In this document: positions 1 to 9,854 of the stretch, one piece after another
Layout: every line of letters begins with the position of its first letter
How positions within the stretch are numbered: position 1 is the first letter of the stretch
Assembly: GCA_002245135.1 (NCBI GenBank)
Contig: NGBS01000303.1
Span: 1-64,000, forward strand
Direction of reading: 5' to 3'
Length of the DNA stretch: 64,000 nucleotides
Origin: Proteromonas lacertae
Taxonomy: Eukaryota
Notes under the pieces: generated by a model
The model's input: the letters and a program-made list of their open reading frames with translations, nothing else
Database searches by the model: none
What the model was told of the DNA's origin: nothing
Translations under genes and position numbers: made by a program

Positions 1-1515
1 CAAAGGAGGAGGTGGTATTTGATTACTCATATCACCAAGATCATAAGTGTCTGAATCTTCTTCAGTATCACTACTTGATGGATTATTATCATTATCTTCA
101 CTATCACTATTTGCAGGTGATGCATTATAAAATGCATTGACATTTCTATCAATCAAATCTGCAGTAATTGATGGATGAGCAGGAGGATAATTAGCTGGTG
201 CAACATATCTCCAATTTCTATGATCTGCAACATTCATTCCAACATAAGCTGGAACTGATCTTCTATGTTTAATTTGACGGTTAAGTTGCGTATCTAAAGC
301 TCTATTCATTCTAAAAGTTATAGGATTAGCAAATATATTTGTATTGATTTGACCTTGTGGTACATGCGCTTCTGTTAATATTTTTTGTATAGTTGCTAAA
401 TAGTTATATCTATATCCTGTTCTATTATCACCATCTGGTAATCCCATAAAATTTCTTCTATCAGGATGATATGGTAAAGTATATTCATTATCATTTTGAT
501 AATTACCACTTAACTTATCTTTTAATATTGGTATGTAATATAAAGCTAATATATACAAATCAGTTACACAGTTGTATATGATTAATGCAATTGAATAAGC
601 TGTTTCTTCTTTTTGATTTGTTAAATACCAAAATTTAGTTCTCATTAAACGACCTATGTAGAACTTTATCTTATCTTTCAGAGAATCGCAAAAGCTAATT
701 ATATCATAATTTGCATTGTTATTATTTTCATTATTATCATTGTTATTATTTCCATTGTTGTTATTATTGTTATTATCATTACTTCCATTGTCTGCATTTA
801 CTAATACTCCTCTTACCATATTATCATGTCTATTTTGCATAACATTTTCCGCTCTTATTTCAGCTGCACTATTATAATGTTCATTATTCATTATGTTAAA
901 ATCATTTTCTGGTTCTGGATGTCTTTCATCAATTTCATAATGAGTTTTTTTAATTCTTCTATTTTCTAGTTGTGTAACACCTATTCTCTCTTTTGGATGT
1001 AAAACAACAAATGGATTTCTTTGTAATATAAAATCAGATGCCATACACAATTTATCAATACCATCTGCTATACGAGTTTTAAATATTCCACATTCTCTTG
1101 CATTAGCAGAATTTTCATTTCCTGCTAATTTTGGATTATAAGCTTCTAATGGTTTGCCATGTGCAAAAGGACCTGTTACAAATAAATTCTTACACCAATT
1201 AAACATTTTCATATGTTCATCATATAAATTATATATTCTATTAAATTCATGATTTGGCCATCCTATAGGAATTAGTCTATATTGCATAATCAATGCTTTG
1301 TTAAATCTTTTCACTTCTTGATTCACATAGTTATTCAAATCATCTTCGCTTATATCTTGAAATGGTATGACTTGATTCCTTCTATGTCTTCTTCTATGTC
1401 TTATTCTGTTCATATCAATAGGTACATTATCTTCATCTTCTTCATATTCATAATCATCATCTGTTGGTTCATCTTCTTCATCATTTGAATTGTTAACTTG
1501 TGGTTGTGGTTGCAT
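1..1515 (-). CDS. Viral hypothetical protein, >505 aa, partial (open to the window edge)
   Basis: Read manually from ATG at 1515 (MQPQPQVNNSNDEEDEPTDDDYEY...RIRHRRRHRRN...). No stop in 505 codons; absent from the ORF track because it has no stop in the window. Acidic, Arg-rich and Asn-rich segments. Confidence 0.85.
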   Translation of the reverse strand, partial: MQPQPQVNNSNDEEDEPTDDDYEYEEDEDNVPIDMNRIRHRRRHRRNQVIPFQDISEDDLNNYVNQEVKRFNKALIMQYRLIPIGWPNHEFNRIYNLYDEHMKMFNWCKNLFVTGPFAHGKPLEAYNPKLAGNENSANARECGIFKTRIADGIDKLCMASDFILQRNPFVVLHPKERIGVTQLENRRIKKTHYEIDERHPEPENDFNIMNNEHYNSAAEIRAENVMQNRHDNMVRGVLVNADNGSNDNNNNNNNGNNNNDNNENNNNANYDIISFCDSLKDKIKFYIGRLMRTKFWYLTNQKEETAYSIALIIYNCVTDLYILALYYIPILKDKLSGNYQNDNEYTLPYHPDRRNFMGLPDGDNRTGYRYNYLATIQKILTEAHVPQGQINTNIFANPITFRMNRALDTQLNRQIKHRRSVPAYVGMNVADHRNWRYVAPANYPPAHPSITADLIDRNVNAFYNASPANSDSEDNDNNPSSSDTEEDSDTYDLGDMSNQIPPPPL

Positions 1516-1600
1516 ATATATATATATATAACGATATATAAATTAAAGAATAATTCAAATAAAATTATATTTTAATATTTCTCAACAATTATAAAACATA

Positions 1601-2572
1601 ATGCAACCTAAAGATAGTAATAATGTTATAAATAATAGAAGATCATTGTTCTTAACTACATCAGACTATGATTCAAAATTTTCAAATAGATGGACAAGAT
1701 GTATTAATACTCCAACTATAACTGAAAAATATCAATATATGAGTTTAATTACTGCAGTTATTCCAAATAACTTCTATACAGTACAAGATGAAGTAAATGA
1801 TCATATACTCTTTAATTTTACTTATTATAACTGCATTAATCCAGATGAAACAAATCCAATAAAATGGGCATACCCTGAAAACCAAAATGGACCTTATAAT
1901 AAAACTATTGATATTAAAATACCTCAAAGAAAATATACAGGAAAAGAATTATTAGATTATTTTGCTAGAAATCTCTTAAGTTTTACTTTTTATGCATTTG
2001 ATAATGGAGTGGAACCATTACCTGATGAAGATTTTGCAAATAGATTTCCATTTCATAAAGTAGATGATCAAACAGATGTACTTCAATTTGAAAAAACTTC
2101 AGAAAATAGATTAAAGTTACAATTTAATTATATTACTCATTTCGGAAAATATTACTTTACAGACTTTACTATAGAATTCCCTAACTTAGCATATAAGTTA
2201 TTTGGTTTAGATGAAATAAATAAAAGTATATCAATTTATCATGCAAATCATTTAAGTGATGCATATTTCAGTAAAGATTTTAATTATTATTCTAATTTGT
2301 TACCAAATCAGCCTTCTTTACTATGGGTGTCATTCATACAAATTAGATGTGACTGGGTTAATAGTGGTGAGAATTCAATGGTTTTAGCAAATATACCTGT
2401 AACTGATATAAATGCAGATTATACTACATTCACTAATCCACAAATTGAATGGACAACTAAAAAGATGCAATATCACGAATATCAACGAATGAATATATCA
2501 GTCTCTCAACAAGATGGTTATGCAATTGATTTAAATAACTTACCTATTTATTTTGAGATTATTTTGTATTAA
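1601..2572 (+). CDS. Minor capsid protein (penton, single jelly-roll) of a Polinton-like virus
   Basis: Motif pattern typical of PLV/virophage pentons: SLITAVIPNNFYTV, YKLFG, IQIRCD, VLANIPV, C-terminal NISVSQQDGYAIDLNNLPIYFEIILY; lies directly before the MCP. Confidence 0.8.
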   Translation: MQPKDSNNVINNRRSLFLTTSDYDSKFSNRWTRCINTPTITEKYQYMSLITAVIPNNFYTVQDEVNDHILFNFTYYNCINPDETNPIKWAYPENQNGPYNKTIDIKIPQRKYTGKELLDYFARNLLSFTFYAFDNGVEPLPDEDFANRFPFHKVDDQTDVLQFEKTSENRLKLQFNYITHFGKYYFTDFTIEFPNLAYKLFGLDEINKSISIYHANHLSDAYFSKDFNYYSNLLPNQPSLLWVSFIQIRCDWVNSGENSMVLANIPVTDINADYTTFTNPQIEWTTKKMQYHEYQRMNISVSQQDGYAIDLNNLPIYFEIILY

Positions 2573-2626
2573 TAAATTTCTTGCTATTTTTAAGCATTTT
2601 TTGATTTTTAAAAAATAACATAAAAT

Positions 2627-4045
2627 ATGTCAATCACTGCTGTACCTAATTCACAAAAACATGAAAGCATTGTGCCAGCTTATATACCTGTCTACAATCA
2701 TATTTTAGTTACACCTAACCAAAGCAGAAATGAGACTGTTTTATCTTTAAATTCAAACAGTGATGCTATTACATTTGAAATATCTGGTGATAATTGTGTT
2801 AATCTATCTAAAAGTTACTTTGAATTTGAATTAGATTATACTACAGGTCAAAAAAGAGATCATGCAGATGCAGGTAAAGGACAATGGAAATTACCTATTA
2901 CACCTGTAACTGATTCTACTACTGGTAAAATGTTAGATCATATAAATTTAAGGAATTCAATGAATTTTGGAACTATCAAAGTATACAATAAAACTGGAAC
3001 ACTTCTATGTGATTTAGATAGTAGTTATAATGAATATCGAGATTTAGCTCATCAAATTGCTAACCAGTATCCTTATGATATAAAAGATTATCATTATTAT
3101 GAATATTTATTTGATGGCTTACGCATTAGAAATAATAAAATAGCTGAAACAACTATATGTAATTCTAATTCTACTTTAAATGCAAATGGAGGTGTTTGGA
3201 ATTATTGGGAAGAAATGGGAACAACAGAAGATATATTACATGGAAAACTATACTGTAGATTTCATTTTGCAGATTTCTATAATACCATATTAGCTTTGAA
3301 GAATGATATTTATTTTGGTGAAGTCATTTATATTCAATTCACATTTGCTCCTATAATGAATTGGATTCATCATAGCAATGGTTCTGTTTGGATTAATTCA
3401 TGGCAACAGCATGTAGGAATGAAAATTATTAATCCTAGACTTTACATTTGTTACAATAAAGATCCAACATGTAATGCTAATACCATTAATTATTCAACTC
3501 ATCATCCTATTGACTTTACTGACTTTAATATAGTTCAAATCACTAAAGATCCAATTCCAGGTAGTAATACTTTTAACTATAACTTCAGTATTAATAGTAG
3601 CATAGGAAGTTATGTTAAATATATATTATACAGAGCATATTATAATGATGCATATAATAGAGATACTATTCCTTTTGATCAAGATCAAGATAGAATAAGA
3701 TGGCAAATTAATGATTTCGTTTATACACCTGATTATTTATATCCTGCAAAATATCAGACATGGGAATATATGAGAAATATTATTCAAAATACAATATTTG
3801 ATAAATGTAATACATTATCATTTCCCAATTCATTTTTTGATGTTCTAAATTTCAGTACTGATCGATTAACTGAATTAAAATTAAGAGCTGGTAAAGACTT
3901 AGCAAGTGATTTAAAAATTACTTTGGATTGCTCAAATCAACGATTTGATGCTAATCATAATCCATATACAATTCATCATAAGTTCTACATAATTACTGGT
4001 AAACAATTGATTATTGGACCAAGAGGTGTTGAAAAGGTAGTATAA
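2627..4045 (+). CDS. Major capsid protein (double jelly-roll) of a Polinton-like virus
   Basis: 472 aa, beta-rich, intronless; N-terminal VTPNQ...ITFEISGDNCVNLSKSYFEFEL resembles PLV MCPs; sits between penton and ATPase. Confidence 0.78.
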   Translation: MSITAVPNSQKHESIVPAYIPVYNHILVTPNQSRNETVLSLNSNSDAITFEISGDNCVNLSKSYFEFELDYTTGQKRDHADAGKGQWKLPITPVTDSTTGKMLDHINLRNSMNFGTIKVYNKTGTLLCDLDSSYNEYRDLAHQIANQYPYDIKDYHYYEYLFDGLRIRNNKIAETTICNSNSTLNANGGVWNYWEEMGTTEDILHGKLYCRFHFADFYNTILALKNDIYFGEVIYIQFTFAPIMNWIHHSNGSVWINSWQQHVGMKIINPRLYICYNKDPTCNANTINYSTHHPIDFTDFNIVQITKDPIPGSNTFNYNFSINSSIGSYVKYILYRAYYNDAYNRDTIPFDQDQDRIRWQINDFVYTPDYLYPAKYQTWEYMRNIIQNTIFDKCNTLSFPNSFFDVLNFSTDRLTELKLRAGKDLASDLKITLDCSNQRFDANHNPYTIHHKFYIITGKQLIIGPRGVEKVV

Positions 4046-4115
4046 GTAATAATACTTTATTATTGACTTCTATTTTTATTTTTTGATTTCTCACTACATA
4101 ATATATACACACACT

Positions 4116-4877
4116 ATGTTTAAATTTGAAAAAATAAATAATATACAAATTGAACCTGTTGATGGTGGTGAGTCTTTTGATCCTAAGAAAATTCTGGGAT
4201 ATGATTACTTTAATGAGCCTTTCTGCAATATATTTATTGTAGCTCGTAAGAACAGTGGGAAAACTACTTTGATATACAATATATTAAGACATATTATAGA
4301 TCCAAAATATAAGAAAAAACAACATGTACATTTTTTCGTAGGTACAATTAAACAAGATAGGATATATGATTCAATTAAAGAGTTATTAGATTATAATGAA
4401 ATTAGTTATGATGAAAACGATTCATTATTTGAACCTTATTCAGGAGATAATTTAGTAGAGAAGTTAATGAAATCAATTGATGATACAAACAAAGATAATT
4501 TTGAGTATGCAGAACATATTATAATATTTGATGATCTTAGTTTAGAGTTGAAAACAGCTAATATCATACCAGTATTAATGAAAGAAAATAGACATTTAAA
4601 ATCAAAAATTATAATTAGTAGTCAATATATTACTGATATAGTACCTTCAGCAAGATCACAAGTAGATTATTGTTTAACATTTTATGGATTGAGTAATAGA
4701 AATTTGTTTGACTTATACAACTCATTGAATATATGGATACCTGAATATGAAACATTTAAAGAGTTATATTTAGCTGTTACTAAGCCACAATATAACTTCT
4801 TATATATTGATAATGTTAAAAAAGTGTTTAGAGCTAACTTTAATATTTTGATTGAAGATCATTCTGAAGTTTCTTGA
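4116..4877 (+). CDS. A32-like (FtsK/HerA) genome packaging ATPase
   Basis: Walker A ARKNSGKT, Walker B IIIFDD, RH...IIISSQY and IVPSARSQ motifs; ATG at 4116. Confidence 0.9.
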   Translation: MFKFEKINNIQIEPVDGGESFDPKKILGYDYFNEPFCNIFIVARKNSGKTTLIYNILRHIIDPKYKKKQHVHFFVGTIKQDRIYDSIKELLDYNEISYDENDSLFEPYSGDNLVEKLMKSIDDTNKDNFEYAEHIIIFDDLSLELKTANIIPVLMKENRHLKSKIIISSQYITDIVPSARSQVDYCLTFYGLSNRNLFDLYNSLNIWIPEYETFKELYLAVTKPQYNFLYIDNVKKVFRANFNILIEDHSEVS

Positions 4878-4921
4878 TGTTTTTATTAATTTTGTTATTT
4901 TATTGTTTATTAATTCAAAAA

Positions 4922-5707
4922 ATGTTTATTGGGGAACGAAATACTTCAGATATAAATATTGATACAGATAAGCTTGCTAAAGATATAGCTGACAAAATAA
5001 ATATACAACCTACTGATCCTGATACTATTGTTAAACCTATTAATAATCATACTGATACTCAAATAAATAATATTATTACACCTGTTAATGATATCAAAAC
5101 TACTACAAATACTATATATGGTAAATGTCAAGAAATATATAATGTTGTAAATAATAGCTCTGGAGGTAGTACTACAATAGTTAATAATTCTGTATCACCT
5201 AAATTATTGCATACTGAATATACATATTGGTCAGTTAATTTCTATATATTTCAAGATGGTTCCATCAATCAATATGAATCTACTGTAAAAGTACCTATAA
5301 AAATTCAAATGTTTGAACATTTTATGAGAATCAAGATATACAATGGCCTTGTTTTAAAAAATCATGATGATGGTTATGGATTTATATTATATCTAGATGA
5401 CAATCATGTTATTAAAGCTGAACCAGGTAAAGAAGATTTATTGCAACAATATTATAACAAATTATTAGAAACATACTTTGTAGATGGTAGTAATGGAATA
5501 TACTTCCCTATACAAGGTGTAATAAATGAAACTTCACAACCTGCAATTAATGATTATGGATGTTTTTGGCCTATATTAAGAAATAATAATAATAAATGTA
5601 ATCTTTATATAGAACGAAAAGGTCTTGATGCATATTCATATCAAGCATTCCCACCTCAAGTTATTATAACAGAGTGGATGGATACAGGTGTTACAGAACC
5701 ATTTTAA
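4922..5707 (+). CDS. Viral hypothetical protein, possible fibre/spike
   Basis: ATG at 4922; N-terminal repetitive I/N/D/T stalk, SSGGS linker, beta-rich aromatic C-terminal domain; follows the morphogenesis block. The function is inference. Confidence 0.6.
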   Translation: MFIGERNTSDINIDTDKLAKDIADKINIQPTDPDTIVKPINNHTDTQINNIITPVNDIKTTTNTIYGKCQEIYNVVNNSSGGSTTIVNNSVSPKLLHTEYTYWSVNFYIFQDGSINQYESTVKVPIKIQMFEHFMRIKIYNGLVLKNHDDGYGFILYLDDNHVIKAEPGKEDLLQQYYNKLLETYFVDGSNGIYFPIQGVINETSQPAINDYGCFWPILRNNNNKCNLYIERKGLDAYSYQAFPPQVIITEWMDTGVTEPF

Positions 5708-5842
5708 TCTTTATTATGATTATTTTATTATGTTTATTATAAAATTTATTATATTTTTATTATATTATATGATTTTTATTAAATTACGCATATTTTTAAA
5801 CCCTGTCCCAAATCATTTTAAGATAAAGATTCGTTTTAAAAT

Positions 5843-6322
5843 TTAGAGTATGTTTATCGTAGTTTGATCATTGTTTCCTTTAACTTCTTCTTGTGCTTCT
5901 TCTTCCTCATCATCATCACTATCATCAAATATATAATTCTTCTTTACATAATGTTTCAACATAGGATTCTTCTTCAAATGAACACTTCCCATTCCTTCAG
6001 GTAGTGTTAACCATTCAATATACTTATCAAACACTGCAAAATAATGTCTATTTAATCCTCTTGGTTTTACTGATGGTTTAATATCGAAAAGCATCATATA
6101 ATATCTCTTATCACTATACTTTGTCCACATCTTTTGATGGCAAATAGCACAGAATTCATTATAAGACTTTATCTCTTCCTTAGGTAATGGGCTATCTAAA
6201 ACTGCACTTATGTTATGGTTAAAATATAAGTAAAACTTACATGTTCCACATATACACTTATCTAAATAATCTTCATTATTTCTAAATGAACAAAAGAAAG
6301 CAAAGTTTACTGAAGCACACAT
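5843..6322 (-). CDS. Viral hypothetical protein (Cys-rich, acidic tail)
   Basis: 159-aa intronless ORF with CICGTC and CAICH motifs (possible zinc binding) and a DDSDDDEEEE tail. Confidence 0.65.
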   Translation of the reverse strand: MCASVNFAFFCSFRNNEDYLDKCICGTCKFYLYFNHNISAVLDSPLPKEEIKSYNEFCAICHQKMWTKYSDKRYYMMLFDIKPSVKPRGLNRHYFAVFDKYIEWLTLPEGMGSVHLKKNPMLKHYVKKNYIFDDSDDDEEEEAQEEVKGNNDQTTINIL

Positions 6323-6675
6323 ATTTTATATTTTTTTGATAAAAAACGGTTTTTCTAAAATATCAGGAAAATCAAAACTGTTTCTTTTTTCTGTTTATAA
6401 CAACAGTTTCTCGTCAGAATTTCGATTTATTAAAAAATATAGAATACTGCAGATAATTCTTTAAATATATATTTTTGATACTATTTAAATTCTTTTGAAT
6501 GTTTTTAACTACACTATATAAATCCATGAATAAATTGATAAATGAAAAAAAATAACCAAAAAAAAAGTAAGAACGCATTCTGTAGCTTGGCCACCACACT
6601 ATTTAATCACTAAGTCCTAGTCAGGCTACACAGGACACGCTACTTACTTACATAGAAATACATTTCTTATTCTAT

Positions 6676-6716
6676 AAAGTAGCTACCCTGCCGGGGTAGA
6701 ACAGGTAGCTACCTTT
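6676..6716. repeat. GC-rich palindromic cluster
   Basis: GTAGCTAC at 6679 and 6705, perfect 12-bp palindrome AGGTAGCTACCT at 6703-6714, inner hairpin CTACCC-tgccg-GGGTAG. Confidence 0.8.
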
Positions 6717-6843
6717 CTATTTCTACACATTATTTCTACTATCCTACGCTAAAAACTATTGAGGATATAAAAATAGAATTTGACCCATAAATTTATTCAC
6801 ACACTAAAATATATACACAATTTAAAATTCACCGCTTGCTCCA

Positions 6844-6960
6844 GTATAACCCGTACCAAAAACTAATTCACACTCAAATCGCTTATTCTTACCTGTAGAA
6901 GGCACCTAAGAATAGTCTGGTACGGTTTACCCACATACAGTGATATTCTTACGGTTATAC
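6844..6960. repeat. Nested inverted repeats
   Basis: CCGTACCA (~6851) pairs with TGGTACGG (~6918); TATTCTTA (~6884) pairs with TAAGAATA (~6907); GTATAACC (6844) pairs with GGTTATAC (6953-6960). Confidence 0.75.
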
Positions 6961-7225
6961 ATATATCAGATAAGATGATTTACATTAAATGTAACAATTG
7001 ATCTAATTCTCTAGTTTATATTAGAGTAATTAAATTCGAAAACAGTTTATTGTTCTTTTCATATATAACCTATTTTACCGATTAAACTATGCCTTTTGTA
7101 TATCACACATATATAGTATATTTTTGGTATAATATATAATTATTTATAAAAACTTTAAATGATACCAAGCTGTGATTTTTTAATGTCTTTTTATTGTATA
7201 GTTTATTAAATTACCCCCAAAAAAG

Positions 7226-7961
7226 CAAACAATTTAATAATTTTAAACAATTATTTATTAATTACGATTTATTCTCGTCTACTTTAAGTCTACAATGAAC
7301 TTCTTAATTCCCTCACTTGTTGCTTGAATACCTTTATCACCTTTCTTCCAGTTAGCTTGACAAACATTACCAGTTGTTCTTACAAATTCATAAGCATCTA
7401 AACATCTTAAACATTCATCTACACTACGACCAATTCCGAAATCATTAATAATAGTTTGAGCAATTATACCATCGTGGTTAATTACATATAAAGCACGATA
7501 ACAAGCTCCATTGTTATCATCTGAGGTTTTACCAGTGTGATAAATACCTAATTGTTTTACTAATTCATGGGTATAGTCAGAAGCATGTGCAATCTTTAAG
7601 GGACCAATACCGCCACTTGATCTTGGAACTCCTTGCCATGACAAATGAGAATAAACACTGTCACCAGATATTGTAATCACATCGCACTTTCTTTCAGCAA
7701 ATTTATCAGCAGCATCGTTAAATGCAAGAATTTCAGTTGGACAGACAAAGGTATAGTCCAATGGGTAGAATAACATCACTATAAGCAATAAATTTGAATT
7801 CTATAAAATGATCTTATACCTAAATACTTTCCTTTGTAATCAGAAAGCTTTACATGACTTATTTTGCCATTAACAACAGCTGGTAAATCGAAATCAGGGA
7901 ATTTTTGACCTGTGCAAGCCATAATTTAAAAAAGAATCTTGAGAGAATAAAAAAGAATTTT
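7226..7961 (-). repeat. Inverted duplicate (736 bp) of 24917-25652
   Basis: Reverse complement matches 24917-25652 across flanks, intron and CDS; the proteins are identical. Confidence 0.95.
7279..7922 (-). CDS. Typical 2-Cys peroxiredoxin, copy 1 (one 41-nt intron)
   Basis: FYPLDYTFVCPTE peroxidatic motif, GGIG, GRSVDE, resolving VCQANW; ATG at 7922. Confidence 0.95.
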
Positions 7962-8377
7962 GAAGATGAAATTGTTAAATTATCTTCAGAATTCTTGAGA
8001 AACCTTCAGAAATATCTTGAAACAGTAAGATTCAATATGCATCAACATTTTTTGATAATTATAATTGTTTGCTTTATATAACTTTTCACATGAACAATAT
8101 TACTAGCTATTTTATTGGTGCAATCCATCATAATAACTGTTATACTATTCTTTAATTATATTTTCATAACTGGACGATCTTTAGAGACAATTGAATTATT
8201 TATATTTTAGATCAATACAAATTACCTCAAATGCTTTCATAAACTCATCTTCATTCTATTGTCACGTTTCATTAAGCACTTCAATAAACTTCAGTAAATT
8301 TTAAAACAGATTCGTTTCAATTTTTATCACATCAGTTATACATATCTTTTAAGACAATAGGTGGCCATAATATTGTT

Positions 8378-9666
8378 ATGCTCCCAGAAATGTCTGCTAA
8401 AGAGGAAGGAGCAGCTATAGTTGATGTTCCATCACCTTCTATCACTCAATCAATGCCCTTACCTCCAGTTGAAGATACTAGTATTATTAAAAATAGTCAT
8501 TGTATTTAGACCAAGAAAATAACGTAGAAAATAAAAAAATAGCAGAAGAACAGCTTGATGTAGTAAATACACTGTAATCTTTTCATTTTTATATTATTAT
8601 GAATAGTGTAAATGCTCTTGTCATAGTTCCAAAATCAGAAAATGATAAAGAGAAAACAATAAACGTATTCTTTTAAAAAATAATCAAATTATTAGACTAT
8701 CCAATCTCCAATTAGTCCTAATACTTTACCAAATAGTAATGTAATGGGTTATTTCATGAATTACGCATTAGATCAAGGTAAAAGACCTTACATGGAAGAT
8801 CGAGTCAAAATCTCACCTCTCTTTTTCGCGTTACCTAATATAACCCTCAGTTATGCAGTATTATGTGATGGACATAGTGGATCAATAGCCTGTGATTATG
8901 TAATGGAAAATATAGATATATTACTTTCCACTAAAATTAGTGAAATAGATTGGGATAATATAGAGTGCTTAGAAACAGTAGTTAAACCAATGATAAATGA
9001 AATATATATAGAGTTAGATAAAAATATAATAGAGAAAACAAGACAAATGAAGAGAAATGATGGTTCAACAATGGTGTTAATCATTATCATCAATGAACAG
9101 TTATTTGTGAGTCATGTTGGAGATAGTCGAGCAGTCATGTCAATCAATAATAAAGCCAAAAGATTAACAGAAGATCATAAGCCCAATACAAAGAGTGAGA
9201 GTACTAGGATAAAGAATGCAGGTGGAATATTATATAAAAGTGATACATGGAGAGTAAGAGCAACTCCTAAAGCTCCAATTGGTTTAGCAGTGAGTAGAAG
9301 TTTGGGAGATAAATATGGTAAAACTACAATGCCGCATGTAATTAGTGAAATACCAGAATATCCTTTTTTTATATAATATATATATATTATAAGTAATAAA
9401 CTTCTTTAATTTTATTTTTTACTATTTCAACATACAAGATAACAAGTGATTATGATTTTTTAATCATTTGTAGTGATGGTGTTTGGGATGTAATTTCAGA
9501 TCAAAAGGCTGTTAATCGTGTGAATCAAGTACTACAAGTTGAATTGAAACATCATAATATTCCTGAAAGTTTAGAGATTGCAAGTAGAGCTATTCTAAAT
9601 GACGCTATGAATTTACATTCTCCAGATAATTTGTCTTGTATTATTATTTATTTAAAAAAAGAGTAA
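8378..9666 (+). CDS. Protein phosphatase 2C (PPM family), spliced; 5' end uncertain
   Basis: QGKRPYMEDR, CDGHSG, DGST, HVGDSR, DHKP, GLAVSRSLGD; after the AT-AC intron PDISTYKITSDYDFLIICSDGVWD...DNLS. Confidence 0.9.
9358..9422 (+). other. U12-type AT-AC intron (65 nt)
   Basis: 5' ATATCCTTT, branch-like TTCTTTAAT at 9402-9410, 3' TTTAC; removal gives GA|T and restores the frame and the conserved EIPDI motif. Confidence 0.9.
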
Positions 9667-9854
9667 TATAATATGTTTTTCAAAACGTGTATATATATTA
9701 TATTATTATTATATGTGTCTCTTGTCCATCACTCTTCATTATATGAAGAGTATTAAGATCTTTATAAATTACTAAAATTTTAAAAGAATTTTTGTTTTTT
9801 AAAATGATAATACAGAAAGAAAAAAACAGAAATAAATAGTATATATGTTTTTAT

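Larger units (their letters stand above)
1..6960. mobile_element. Endogenous Polinton-like virus / MELD-type dsDNA virus segment (right part; continues beyond the left window edge)
   Basis: Tightly packed intronless ORFs, unlike the host genes, forming a penton-major capsid-A32 ATPase block, followed by a GC-enriched palindromic non-coding region. Right boundary uncertain (~6740-6960). Confidence 0.88.

Noticed and set aside
1282..1488. 68-aa + strand ORF, and similar antisense ORFs such as 10258-10644, 38265-38552 and 62487-62873
   Set aside because: Shadows of real genes or low-complexity tracts on the opposite strand.
6575..6640. Pistol ribozyme (TTAAATAG after a pseudoknotted hairpin on the minus strand)
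   Set aside because: Spacing is wrong and I could not find P2/P3 or the GU cleavage site.
6860..6930. U5 snRNA or SRP RNA call
   Set aside because: The loop differs from GCCUUUUAC and is flanked by G-G mismatches, the Sm-like site is imperfect, and there is no GNRA helix-8 motif; kept only as an unidentified structure.
8030..8360. Extra upstream PP2C exons or another U12 intron (TTCTTTAAT...AC near 8148-8170)
   Set aside because: No matching donor and no consistent reading frame found.
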